A stretch of 64,000 bases of DNA from positions 6,200,001 to 6,264,000 of the forward strand of contig CM106585.1 of assembly GCA_048013815.1 (NCBI GenBank). Direction: 5' to 3'. The notes under the pieces are model-generated. The model saw only the letters and a program-made list of their open reading frames with translations, was not told the origin of the DNA and made no database searches. Positions 51,101 through 63,125 of this stretch are shown one piece after another (position 1 is the first letter of the stretch; the number at the start of each line of letters is the position of its first letter). A program made the translations under genes and the position numbers. The stretch comes from Setoptus koraiensis. Its lineage: Eukaryota > Animalia > Arthropoda.

Positions 51101-51778
51101 GGATATATCGGTTTTTGGTGGCCTATCCCTTTCACTGCGCCGCCCCATCGGCTCGCGGTGTCGCTCGCTGTTGTTCCGGTGCGGCACAAGCCGCTGGCTG
51201 GTGCTAACGGTCATCGGGCACATTAATCAACACGACAAGTATTTTGCGCAAAAGTTTCGCGTCTCGGCGACGCGCACAGTTGTGTGCCGTCTCGCGGCAA
51301 CTCTGTGCCTGGTCACATGCGCGTGTGTCCACAAGGTTTGGCCACACTCAAGACTGTCCGAACGGAGGGGGGGGTCAGCGGCGAGCGTTGACCATCTTGC
51401 AGCTGGTGGCTGGCAGTGGTCAGTTGGTGTTTGTGCAATTTCACATGTCGCCCATTCATGATTCGCCCGCTTGCTTGCGATGCGCCGGCCCGTCGAAGAT
51501 GCCGGCCGCCGGCGATCGGCCGATCAGCCGATCAACCGAGCGGGCGGTTGTGCGCGGCGCAAGTGACCCATGCGGCACATGAGTGGACAAATAGTGTTAC
51601 AGCGAGCATGACGACACACACTGCATGCTACACACTGCTGTATGATTTGCACGAACGTGTAATGTGCACGAGACGAATGGAACAGACTGATGGACAGAGT
51701 CTGTTCCATTTCGAGAGAGAGAGGGACGGGGCGGGCGGGGGCCGGCGCAGTGCGAGCAAGGCGAATAGAGCGAGCGGC

Positions 51779-51848
51779 GAATAAAACGAGCGAACGAATA
51801 AAACGAGCAAACGAATAAAACGAGCGAAACGAATAAAACGGGCGAAAC
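51779..51848. repeat. 17-bp tandem repeat (GAATAAAACGAGCGAAC), 4 copies
   Basis: Read directly. Confidence 0.85.
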
Positions 51849-51961
51849 AAATGGGGGCCGAGATGCCGATGGGCAGCACGAAAAGAAGGGGCTTTTTATG
51901 AATGAACTCTGGAGCGAGTTGCACGCACGCGGAGCGGCCGGTCGCAGGGTTCGCGACGCGC

Positions 51962-51996
<35 letters not shown>

Positions 51997-54387
51997 CCAC
52001 GTATTAAGTTCCGGTGCAGCGATTGTGTGTCACTGGCGCAGCGCGCCCGATGCGGGCGCGTTCGTCAGTTTGCGAACGATGGAGGAGTGTGAGAGAGCGC
52101 ACGGGCCGCAGAAAGAACGCGAACGTTGCGACGTTCGATTGTGCACGCCACGGCCAGCGGCAGCGGTGCCAGCAGCACGCGCTCACACGGACCGTGGGAG
52201 AACTTTTTTGCAGCAGTCGCCAGCGTGGCCATTCACGGAATGGTGCGCCCCTCGCGGCGGCCGCCGCCGCAGCGCTGCGTGCCGGGGGAAGGAAGGAAGG
52301 GCTTCGCTGGCGCGGCCGAACGCTCGAACGTTCGAATGTTCGAACGCGAGCGCCGGCCAGCGAACGTTCGAATGTTCGGCCGAAGCGCACGAGTCTGCGG
52401 AGGAGAACGCACCACCTAAGTGTGTGTGTGTTTGCGTTTGACATTCCCATGCTGCCGATGCTTTTTGTCTCTCGCTCTTGCATCAATGCTCCGCTTTCGC
52501 TCAATGGCCACTGTTGCCACGATCGGTGGGACCATTCGAACGTTGGCGTTCGAATGTTCGCCGGGCTGCGCTCGCTGCGAACGTTCGCGGGTTGCGTTCG
52601 AAGTTCGAACCGAGTGAGATTATGTCGCGCTTCTTTTCTCGATGGAACGTTCGGCGAACGATCGAGCAAACGCGTCGCAACAGAGCGCTGCACGCGGCTC
52701 GTTGCAGCCGTCTGAGCGCGGCCGGGCTCGCCGTCGAAGCGAGCGCCGCCGCCGGCCAAAGGCTCAATTAATTCGTTGGGCAAATTCATCATTCGGGGCC
52801 AAGACAACTGTTGCTCGAGCACTAACTGAGCCGACCGATCCGATTCATCGGCAGGATATTCACGCGCAAACTCTCGCGTCTCGGCTGTGCGCGACGCAAA
52901 CTTTGCGTCACAAAGCAACCGCGGGCCTGGCAAGACTCAACAGGTCCACGGGTGAATAGCACGGACGAGTGGCACAGACGACTACCGCGGATGAATATCC
53001 GCAATCTCGGCGATCAATGCGAGCTCAAACGAGGCCAAAAAATCGCTAGATCTAGCATTTTTTGCGCTTCTTGGGCCCGCAGTGTAAACATTGCTGCGAT
53101 GCAAATATCGCCGCGACACAAATTTTGCTGCGACACAAATATTGCTGCGGCATAAATGTTATTGCATCATAAATACTGGACCGGTCGGCGTGCCCGAGCG
53201 TGGACGATATATCCGCGGCCACAAGGCTGCAAAACGGCTCAACATGGACTGGTGATGATGATGAGATGTAGCGCAATATTTAGCGATATCAACGCGATGC
53301 TGGCAGCTCATTCGATATAGATGTGGCAGTGTGGCATTTGGAGTTGGCAGTTATTTTGCTATTTTCGCTCCTTTGCCAATGTTTGCCATTTGTTTTCCAA
53401 GAAACAACGCAAACAACACGGCGCACATTAGCAATTAGTTTGAAAAGAATTTAGTTTTTTCCTCTTTTCGCCATAATTCCCAGCCACAACAGACAGCGAA
53501 CGAGCAAAGAATTCCGAGAACACACTTTGCGCGAGCTTACTTGTTAGTTGTCGCTTGGTCTCCTATAATTGCCAGTTATCATCTAGTCACTGGGCTGGCC
53601 AAGTTGCCAGCCCAGTGCCCTTGTGACTGGTCGCGAGTTGAGGGGCGCATTATTTGCATCTTGTGGTGGCGAATTGGCGAGTATTTGATCTCGAGTATTT
53701 CGATAATTGAATGGGCGCAATTGCCACAACCATTAATAACGGCAACGTTGATAATGGTGTCGCGGTTGTCGCTGTTGGGCTGCTTGTGGCGCGGCCGTCG
53801 GGACGGATTGCGTGGGCGCTGTGTCGCTTTGGGCGCGGTTCGCGGCGCTCAGTCTTGAGAGTTTGTCAATCCGTGGTGTTTATTGTTATTCCAGCGTGCA
53901 TTTAATACATATCCATATATACACACTCGCCATATATACACACTCGCCATATATATACACTCGCGAAGGAGAAAGTTGCCGGTCGCTTCATCCGGCCGGC
54001 CGGCCGGCCGGCCACTAGACGAGCCGCGACAACATGGCAACAGATTGCCAATTGTTGATCGTTCCAAGAAACAAGTGCAGCAAATAAATAAGATGTCAAT
54101 ATACATTGATTGAATGTGAATATCGGCAACATTGGCCGATATTCACGCGTATTCATGCGCACATTCGCATGGCGCTGAACTGTCGGTTAGTGAATCATTT
54201 ACTCATATTCATTCATGAATATGTGTGATGCCACTAGCTTGGCGCACCGAGCTACTCGACGGCAGGTGAGCGACACTTTATAGGGCTCAAGTGGCAGCAA
54301 GCTCGCTGGCGTGCCTACTCACGTTTGTGTCGGCCACACGCATCGCCATTTTGGCCATTTATAGGCTTCATTTCGGTTGTATACCCA

Positions 54388-54435
54388 GCCGATTGTGGCT
54401 TGTGGATTCAACTGGATCCACAAGCCACAATCGGC
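54388..54435. other. Perfect 20-bp inverted repeat with 8-nt spacer
   Basis: GCCGATTGTGGCTTGTGGAT-tcaactgg-ATCCACAAGCCACAATCGGC. Confidence 0.95.
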
Positions 54436-54834
54436 CACAATCGGCCAACAATCTAGTGGCCCGAATCTAGTTGCGAATCGGAATTCCTGGCCGCCTGTCG
54501 CAACGCGGCAAGTTTAATTGGGCCTTACCTCTAATTAATTGGCTAGTTAGCTGCCGGCTCGGCCACACTGCGGGCGCCCCCTGTCGGCGCATAGCTGGTG
54601 AGCCCAAATATTAATTAATATTGTGAGAGAGAGAGAGAGCAAAATGTTTGCGCCGACAAACACACAACAACGCAGGCCGTGTTGACCCGGGCCACTAGTT
54701 GCACTTTTGATTATAGTCACGAACGACCGGCTAGACAAATCAAATGCACATCAAATGAATCTCGCACTGCTGCCAAGCACGCCCGACACGACAACAATGG
54801 AACGCCGGAAGTTGTTATCAGCCTGGCATAACTA

Positions 54835-55065
54835 TTAGCGCTGCCGCTGGGCATTGTTGGCCGCCGGAGTTGTGCTGCAAACGACGGCCAAAGAAATAAA
54901 ACAGAGAATAAGTAAAAGTACAACAAACAACTGTATCACGTATAACTCTTGCTTTCGCTCGGGCAGCCGCTTGTTTGCGGCCGGCGTCGCTTGTTTGCGG
55001 CTTCTCTGGCTGGTCGTTAATCTCGATAACGACAATGCCGACTTGGCCCCACTTATCGTCTCCAT
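54835..55065 (-). CDS. Candidate 76-aa single-TM micropeptide or first exon of a type II membrane protein
   Basis: METISGAKSALSLSRLTTSQRSRKQ..RLPERKQE-LYVIQLFVVLLLILCFISLAVVC-STTP..*: a basic segment followed by a ~23-residue hydrophobic helix. No homology support. Confidence 0.3.
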   Translation of the reverse strand: METISGAKSALSLSRLTTSQRSRKQATPAANKRLPERKQELYVIQLFVVLLLILCFISLAVVCSTTPAANNAQRQR

Positions 55066-57773
55066 ACCATACTCTACATCCACGCACGCGGTGAATATCC
55101 ACGGACGCGCACTCTTGCGTGGATATTCGCCAGCTTGCTATGTGTTCATTGTGTATCATCATATTCGTTATCAGTAATGAATATGATGATGAATGTGGCA
55201 TTAATGAAAGTAGTGGATAGTATTCATGCATGAATACAGCGGTCGAAGCAATTGGCAGAGTCCATAAAAACGCGTGCGGCGGCACTTGTGACCGCCGTAA
55301 TCCACAATAGCACATGACGCTCCCATAATCAGAGCCCGACGGTGCGGCCCCTGCGGATGCTGCGGATATAAATAAATAATAAATGTAAATGTTTGTCGCG
55401 GCCATTCCGGCGGGCACCAACACGACACAATCATCAAAAAGGCATCGAACACCACATTCACACAATATTGCACACAATATTCGTCGGTCGGCCGACCGAC
55501 TTTTGGGCCCAAAGCCGGGCCCACCGATTCGACACTCGACATAATAATGAATCGCGAATCTATAGGGGCGACAAGCGGCATAATGCATCAATAATAGCTC
55601 AACTGCAACCCGTGCAACAGTTGTTTGCCGTGTTTGACGCGCTGCTCACAGCACGCGCTGCATAAATGAGCGTTTGACGGTCACCGGAAACGGGCGACGG
55701 TGTGCGTGTGTGTCGTGTGCACTGTGGTGGAAGCGCGCGCCAAGCGAAAGGGGTGGCGCTTCGTTGTCGGAGTCGGCCGAAAGGGGTCACTGGCCAAAGG
55801 TTGCACCAACTACCGGGCACAGTTTACGACCACGGCCACGTGAACCGAGCGCTGCCGTGCACCATTTGCCCATTTGCCCACCTCGCTTATTTTGCCCACT
55901 TTGGCCACTTCGGCCACTTTGGCCACTTGCCCACTCTGAGTGAACGGCCGACTGGTGACCATTTGGCCGAAATGGGCACCGCTGCCGGCGGACAGGCTCG
56001 GCGCGATCCGTCATTTCGCGTCATTTTGCGTCATTTTGCGTCATTTTTCGCCGTTTTTCGCCGTTTTGCGTCGCTTTGGCTCGTGTCAGTCGCGCGCGCA
56101 CCATTACGCGCGATATGCAAATGAGCGCCACTCGTCCCTGTCGTGTGTCGCGCCCGCAGCATCATTGCGCAACAATCACTGGCGCAGACTAGTCGCCATG
56201 GCTAGACCGCAACGACGATTATGCAATCTGTGTTTGCGTTAATGGCGGTAATTAGAGGACGGCGAGCGAGACGAGGACAGTTGCGACAAATGGAGCGAAG
56301 TGAGCGAAACCAAGTGAACAGTGACAGTAAAGTTGACAAGAGAGTTTTTGTCGACAAGACACAAAAAGTGCAAGCGGGATTGCGCAACAGAAATTGGAGC
56401 AACACAATGGCCACGCACGGGCTGTCTGGCTGAGGTTGTGGCGAGAGAACAAAGAATCGTTAAAATTGTGTTTGCTTATTATGTAACATAAGACGCTTAA
56501 TCGGGCGCGCGCGAGCGCGATTTGTATTGAATTACGCCAATGGGGGGGAAGGGGGGAATCGGACAATTGAGCGAGATGCCGGCTCAATTGGAGTTGTTGT
56601 TATGTGAGCTCGACGTGAGTTGCGTAATTAACTTGCTCGCCGTCACTGTTGGCGCTGCCGACAGCGACAGCCCAACAACGACGACAACAACAACAGCGAC
56701 GACAACAACAGCAACAGCCACGACGACAGCAACAGCGACGGCGACAGCAACAGCGACGACGACGAGTCCATGTTGCGCGAAACTTAATGGACGCCAGCGC
56801 AAAAATGAATGAACCGAGTGCCGATGATGTAATACACGCTTTAATGGCTGATTGTTGTCTGACGGCAGCCCCATGTTTGCATGTTCGCGCGCCTTCGCTG
56901 CGAACGTTCGAGGCTCGAATGTTGAAATGTTCAAACATTCAAACGTTCGAGCGAGCGCTCGAGCCAACTCGCCAAACGCTGGCCGCGCAAATGTTGAAAT
57001 GTCGAAATGTTTATCTGTTTGCAGCGCATTCTTTTGCGCTCGCCTGCATTGTCGTCATCAAATAACATCAAATAACAACATCATCATCATCATCAGCAGC
57101 AGCAGCAGCCACAACAGCGACATCGCCGAGACCCGTCGCAAGACGCATGACAAGAACGGAAGTGCAGCAGATTGGCGGCAGGCGCAATGCCAAGGCATAA
57201 ATTAGTTGGCTGCTTGTTTGTTATTAATAGCCGAGTGGGCCGTTTGTTTGTTTGTTGAGCTCGTATAATCTAATTACACACTCGGCATCTGTTGGCCTGT
57301 TCATGTGTGGATCTGGCGCGCATATCTGTTCACGTGTGGATCTGGCTGACAAACTCGTATTCATACTCTGTTTAGGTACTCAATTTGTGATTACATGATA
57401 CAGTATGAATATGACTTGTGACAGCGCGCTCAGTGAATATCCACGCGCGAGACGCGCGACCGACCAAACGAAATCAAATCGTGCAACTATCATCATTTTT
57501 TCGCATAATCGCTCGGCATCATAATTAGCCAATTTGGCGATTTGGGCCAATTTCGCCACACTAATGCCGTTTCTGGTCGGCGTGGTCGTCAGTTCACGCG
57601 GCCTACGGGCCGCGTGATTTGGCAAAGTGGCGTCCTCATCGGATTCAGTTTATCCAGTCGAAATGGAGTCCAGTCGACGCGGTTGATCTGGTTACCACTG
57701 GCGCATTAACGACGCGGCGCTCGCTGACGCGGCTACCAGCACACAATCGTATGTGATATGTGCTCAACATAAT

Positions 57774-57993
57774 GTTATATAATGTTATATAATGCTACAT
57801 AATGCTATGCGATGCTACATAATGCGCCAGAAATGATGAATGAGATGCCAAGCGGGCCGAAGGGCGAGCGAGTGAGTGATTGAGGCCAGTTGTGGCTGGC
57901 AGCGCCAACGCACCAGTGACCGGCCGGCCGGCCGGCCCTGATTACATAACGCGACGCGGGGCACACATTACACAGCAACGCACATTACATAAT
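57774..57993. promoter_or_regulatory. Cluster of four RTTAYRTAAY (PAR-bZIP/Giant/Vrille-type) motifs
   Basis: GTTATATAAT at 57774 and 57784, ATTACATAAC at 57941, ATTACATAAT at 57984. Function is inferred from consensus only. Confidence 0.3.
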
Positions 57994-59841
57994 GACTTGT
58001 TAGCGCCATTTGAGAGCCATTAACTTATTAACGAACGGCGCGGTGATTGATGGGCGAGCAGGCGCTAATTGAAGCAGGCGTTATCATTATCATCATTTGC
58101 ATATCTGGTTGTGTGTTGCTGGCTGGCTGTACGGCCATCGCAATGCGATGATCATAGGCCTATGATCGTTGCCTATGATGGACCAACCAAGTAACCATGG
58201 CGACCGTGCCGAATAACGACGCTAATTGGCCCTGAAACTGGTGAATATGTGATTTTTTGATTTGTGAATCTGTAATCTAGTCACTGGGCTCTCACTCGGT
58301 CACCGGGCGGCGACAGGTGCTCGAGCGAGGCGCCCACATTGCGCCGGAGTCCGCCGGAGCGGGCCGGAATCCGCCACATGGTGCCGGAATCTTCGGGAAC
58401 GGGCCGCCATTTCGCAAGAGAACGATATTTATATGTACATGTTGCGTGTACAGCGCCGGCGGAGATGGACGCGCGACGACGGCGGCGAATGCGACTCGAA
58501 TGGCCCGATTGCGACGGCGCTGACGCTGCGATGACGCGCGCAAGCCCGACGAAGTCCCGACCGGAGCACACCGGACCCGACGGGACCCGACCGGAGCGGC
58601 CCGTAGCCGACCGGAGCCAAATGGAGCCTACCGAAGCCTAACAGTGCCGAATCGGGCCAATTTGCGGCGGGCCCGGCGAGCAGCGTGGCAAGTGTGGCAA
58701 TTAGTGTGCAATGTGTCCGTGCGATACTCCGGATCGTTATATTACTTCGCGAGTAACGCAACGATACAACAATTGCTCATCGCAATAAACTAATTAGCGC
58801 CGCGAATTGCATCTTGTTACACGGCCGCCGCAACAACAGCGCACAAGCACGCGCCACAACGCACAACAACGCGCAACAACGGGCGACGACACGGCCGCGA
58901 TAGTCGTGTAATCGACTAATTGACTAATTGACTAATTGACTGGTGCCGTCAGTCGCTGATAGCAGCCATTAAGCGCCATTGAGTCACTAACTGACTGTCG
59001 GGCTGACGGTGTCGGCACGGGTTCAAGTTCATTGCAACGGCGGGTGACATATGAGCCGGCGGCGGCGACGATGCGCTCACCAGCAACAATTGACCTAGAA
59101 CTCGGGCCACGTCAACGATGACATCACAGACCGTTATCTGTGATGCTGCCATTGACAAGTTGCGACTTGTGTCAGTTTGAGCCAGCACAATCGACTCACA
59201 ATTGTCAATTGATTCGAGACAGTCGAGTGACAGTGGCAAGCGTAAAACTTGAACTCGCTTGAATCGCGACTGACAATCGTCAAGCCGAAATTATCTGTTG
59301 ACATTGGCAAATGCATCAATTTGTGTGCGCTAATCCACTTGAGCAATTTATTTGCCCAATTCATCAATTTATCAGCGATGTATTGGCAATTTATCGGCAA
59401 GTTATCGCGACGTGATACGCGATCAGTCGCGCGTCACATGCGCGCACTCATGCACCCACAATAACTGTATAGCGAAAACTGTCTAATCAATCATTTCGCG
59501 CTGTTGATGCGCGCGCGCCATTGGCACATCAGCGACAACAAGTGATCGCTTGTCGCCGCGACATTCAGCCTATCGCTCGCCGATCACGCATTGCGATGGC
59601 TGGCGATTGGCTCGCAAGGCATTTAACAGCAGATCCAGTTAGATAAGGCGAGATAACTGACTGCAAATGGCGCTGTTTGCGCCGCGCGAGGGCCCGTTAT
59701 CGCGGCCGGCCCCATCAACAACGCAAAGACGCCAAACGATGGATAGACGACAAACAATGGATAGACGCCGAACGACAGATTCAGCGATAATAATCATAAT
59801 CTGTGTATAATGTGTCAGATATTTTGTCGTGTTGTACTCAC

Positions 59842-60622
59842 CTGTGGGCGCGCGCCGGCCCTCGGCGGCGCTGTTGACTGTCAGCCACTCGCTCACCATG
59901 TCGCTGCTGTGATCTGATTTCATGGTTGCTGGCGGCACTTGTTGCGCCCACTTGCCGCTCTGTCGCTGCTGACAAAACGCCCGCGACCGGCCAGCCGCCA
60001 GCGGCGGGTCTTGGCATGGGGCCGCGGGCGCGGGCTTGTCGCGGTCGCTCGCTCGCGGCCCTGAACTCAGACTGCATTTGGCATTGAATTGACGATTGTG
60101 GGTCGCCTGTTGGCGCGTCGTCTCGGTGTCTCGGTTGCTGTTGGCACACTGGCGAAACGTCGATGACACGATACACTCGCTCAACATTGAAGGGGCGCTG
60201 TCAACTGTCAGGCCGTCGATGTTGTCGCTGACCGCATTATCGCCGGCCCCATTATCGCTGGTCGCGTTGTCGTTGGACGCGTTGCTCCAGCAGCTCACCT
60301 GAGATCGGGTCGATTCGGTGGGGCTGCACGACCTGCTCAGTGTCAGGCCCACGTCCGACTGCAACGAGTGCCGCTTGACAATGACGTAATCCGCGGATGT
60401 TTCCTCTTCTTCGTCGCCACTGTGTTGCAGTTGCAGTTGCGGTTGCTGTTGCGACGAATACGCTTGAATGTTGTTGATTGTTGACCACAACAACGACACG
60501 TTGCTCTGGGCCGGCTGGGCGCCGGCCTTCCTCGCAAAGGCCGCCGTTTCACTGGGCGACACCGAGCTCGCCCTCATCGGGCTCATGGGCCCGAGTAGCG
60601 GCCCGATGGCCGGGCCGGGCAT
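59842..60622 (-). CDS. Candidate coding exon (260 codons, Ser/Ala/Gln-rich) ending at a strong splice donor
   Basis: ATG at 60622; open frame MPGPAIGPLLGPMSPMR..DEEEETSADYVIVKRHSLQSD..RRAPT ending at CAG|GTGAGT (donor G at 59841, phase 1). The downstream partner exon is not proven. Confidence 0.5.
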
Positions 60623-61286
60623 GGCGCGCGCTGCGGCACTGGGTGGGCGCACCTTGGCTCAGCTTCGGTTGTTGCAGCTTCTGTTTCAGCTTCTATTTCA
60701 GCTTCTAACTCAGTTGTTGTAGTCTTTTCAGTTGCTTCAGTTGTTGCGGTTGTTTCTGTTTCAGCTTCAGTTGTCGCGGTTTCGGTTTGTCGCGGTTTCG
60801 GTTTGGTGCGGTTTATCTCGGTTCGCGTGATGCTCTCGTTATATGTATGGCTTGCCGTATCGAGCCGCCGCCTTGTGGCGAGATTGTGGCAAAATTGTGG
60901 CGAGATTGTGGCGAGACTGTGGCCGGATTGCGGCCCGATTGCGGCTAGACTAGCGATGACGCGAATGCGAGCTGGCCGATGTGTCAACTTGTTTGTTTGC
61001 CGTCGAGACCGATAAAAACAATCGTGAGCGTTGTGAAAAAACCAATCGATGCCGGGCAACGGGTCAGCGTGCCGTGACGTTTGATGTCGCTGTTGATGTC
61101 GCTGTTGTTGTCGGTGCTGTTGTTGTCGGTGCTGTTGTTGTTGTTGTCGCGTCGGTGCTGTCGCACGGCACCGATTATCGCGATCCGGTGAAAGTGAGCG
61201 AGTGAAATATTTATCGCTATTATCGGTTATGCCGTTTGTGGCCGCATGATTAATTGCGCTCGTCGATCAGACGCTGTCGTTGCGGG

Positions 61287-61317
<31 letters not shown>

Positions 61318-63053
61318 GTTGTTGCTGGTGTTGTTGGCGTCGTTGTTGTTGCTGGTGTCGGCGTCGGCGGTGCCGCTGTTGGCCAGAAGCGGATAAAAGG
61401 CGAAATAACGCGACTGGATTAAAGTGAAAGTGACTGCTCTCGCTCGATCAATTGTTTGTCGTTTGTCTCAGCGACAACGACAAGTGCAAACAAACAAACA
61501 AACATCCAGAAAACATCTGACTTGGCTCGCTGGCACAACAACAACACAACCCAATACGACATAACTCACGGTGTGTGTGTGTGTGTATGTCGAAATTGTC
61601 AAGCCCTCAGCCGAGAGGCGCGCACTTGTTGTTTGGCAGTCGTTGTTTGGCACTTGTTGCTGTCGCTGCTGTCGTGCGATTAATCTTGATTTTTCGGCAA
61701 ATTTCATTACTGCTGCTGCTGGCGCTATTATCAGCGTCACTGTTATTACTATTATTAATATTATTATTAATTATCATTATCGAGAGTAAGTTGGCGACAC
61801 TGATACAGATACCACCCGTTAGCCGCCTACTGTTACACACATACAATCGTGCATACGTTGTCTGTATATTGTACTGTAATATTGTTGCGCTGGCAACAAT
61901 ATCACAACGCTCATTATCAATGAGTGCGATTCCAATCAGACAGTTATTATTATTATTGGCCAGACAGTTTGAGTCAGTTTAAGTCGGCCTGAGCCTTGGG
62001 ACTCGGGCGCCGGGCCGCCGCTTGCGGCGGCCGGACTGAGCGGGCGGCCGCCACAAGCGCGCCGAGCGGCTCGGCGCACCGTTAGCCCGTCTCGACAACA
62101 GTTACAACGTTGCGACAAGTTGCCGCCGCCGCCGCTGCTGTCGCGACAACAACAACAACAGCGGCAACCACAACAGCAACAACAGCGCGACAACAGCGGC
62201 ACCGACTGCAACAAGAACAACAACAACAACATCGACAACAACAACAACAGTTGCAACCACAACAACAACAGCCACTGCAGCCTTTGTTTGTCGCCAACCA
62301 GCAGTCGGTCTTGCCAATAATAGAAGCCGCCGAGAACAGCTGCTCGTTATCGCGCGCTCAAATCTGTATCAATGCGAGCTTGTGTGTGTCGCTATTTATA
62401 TTTATACTATTTATATTTTGTTTATACACAGTGTGCGATATGAGTGTGTGATATATGGAGTAGCGAGTGTGAGATTTGTTTGTAACGAGACGTATTTATA
62501 ATAATATATTTGTAATATAGTTATAATATGGCCGTAATCTAGTTATCACAGTCTAGGTATGCTCGCCAAGCGATGCAAGATAATGCGCGATTCATACTTG
62601 TGTTTATGCCAGTGTTTATGGCAGTGTTTATACTTGCATTTATGCTGGATATCTTGATTATTACTTGATTTCGCTCTCATTTTTATTGCCACTGTCATTG
62701 CCACCGCCAGCGATACCGTTTGTCAACTGGCTGGCAGCTTATAATTGCTGGCAGCTACCACTTGTTAGACAATAACAGCAGCAACCTGTTCAACTGTTGC
62801 ACTGTTCACTGTGCTATAACGGTGATATATGGCCGATTGGCATTGGCCAGACAACAACTCTGTCACACACACACACACACTGTCGAGATTTGAGATATCA
62901 CAGACACACTGTTGAGATGTCAGACACACACAGGTGATAACGGTTAAATTGCACTCGTTTAAATTGTATCACCGGCAGCCAGCCAACGAGCTAACCAACT
63001 AACGAGCTAGCTAACTGGCCAACTAACTAACTGTCTAGCTAACCAACTTGCCA

Positions 63054-63125
63054 GCCAGCTGATCGGGACAGCCAGCTGATTGGGACAGCCAGCTGATCGG
63101 GCCAGCCAGCTGATCGGGCTAGCCA
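63054..63125. repeat. 17-bp tandem repeat (GCCAGCTGATCGGGACA), 4 copies, each with a CAGCTG E-box
   Basis: Units at 63054, 63071, 63088, 63105. Confidence 0.85.

Noticed and set aside
52316-56960. tRNA genes suggested by frequent GTTCGA (T-loop-like) hexamers
   Set aside because: No cloverleaf, acceptor stem or A-box spacing could be built around them; they belong to the GAAnnTTC repeat patches.
45101-63125. 17-20 bp repeat arrays as CRISPR-like loci
   Set aside because: The units are head-to-tail without unique spacers, there are no cas genes, and the context is eukaryotic.
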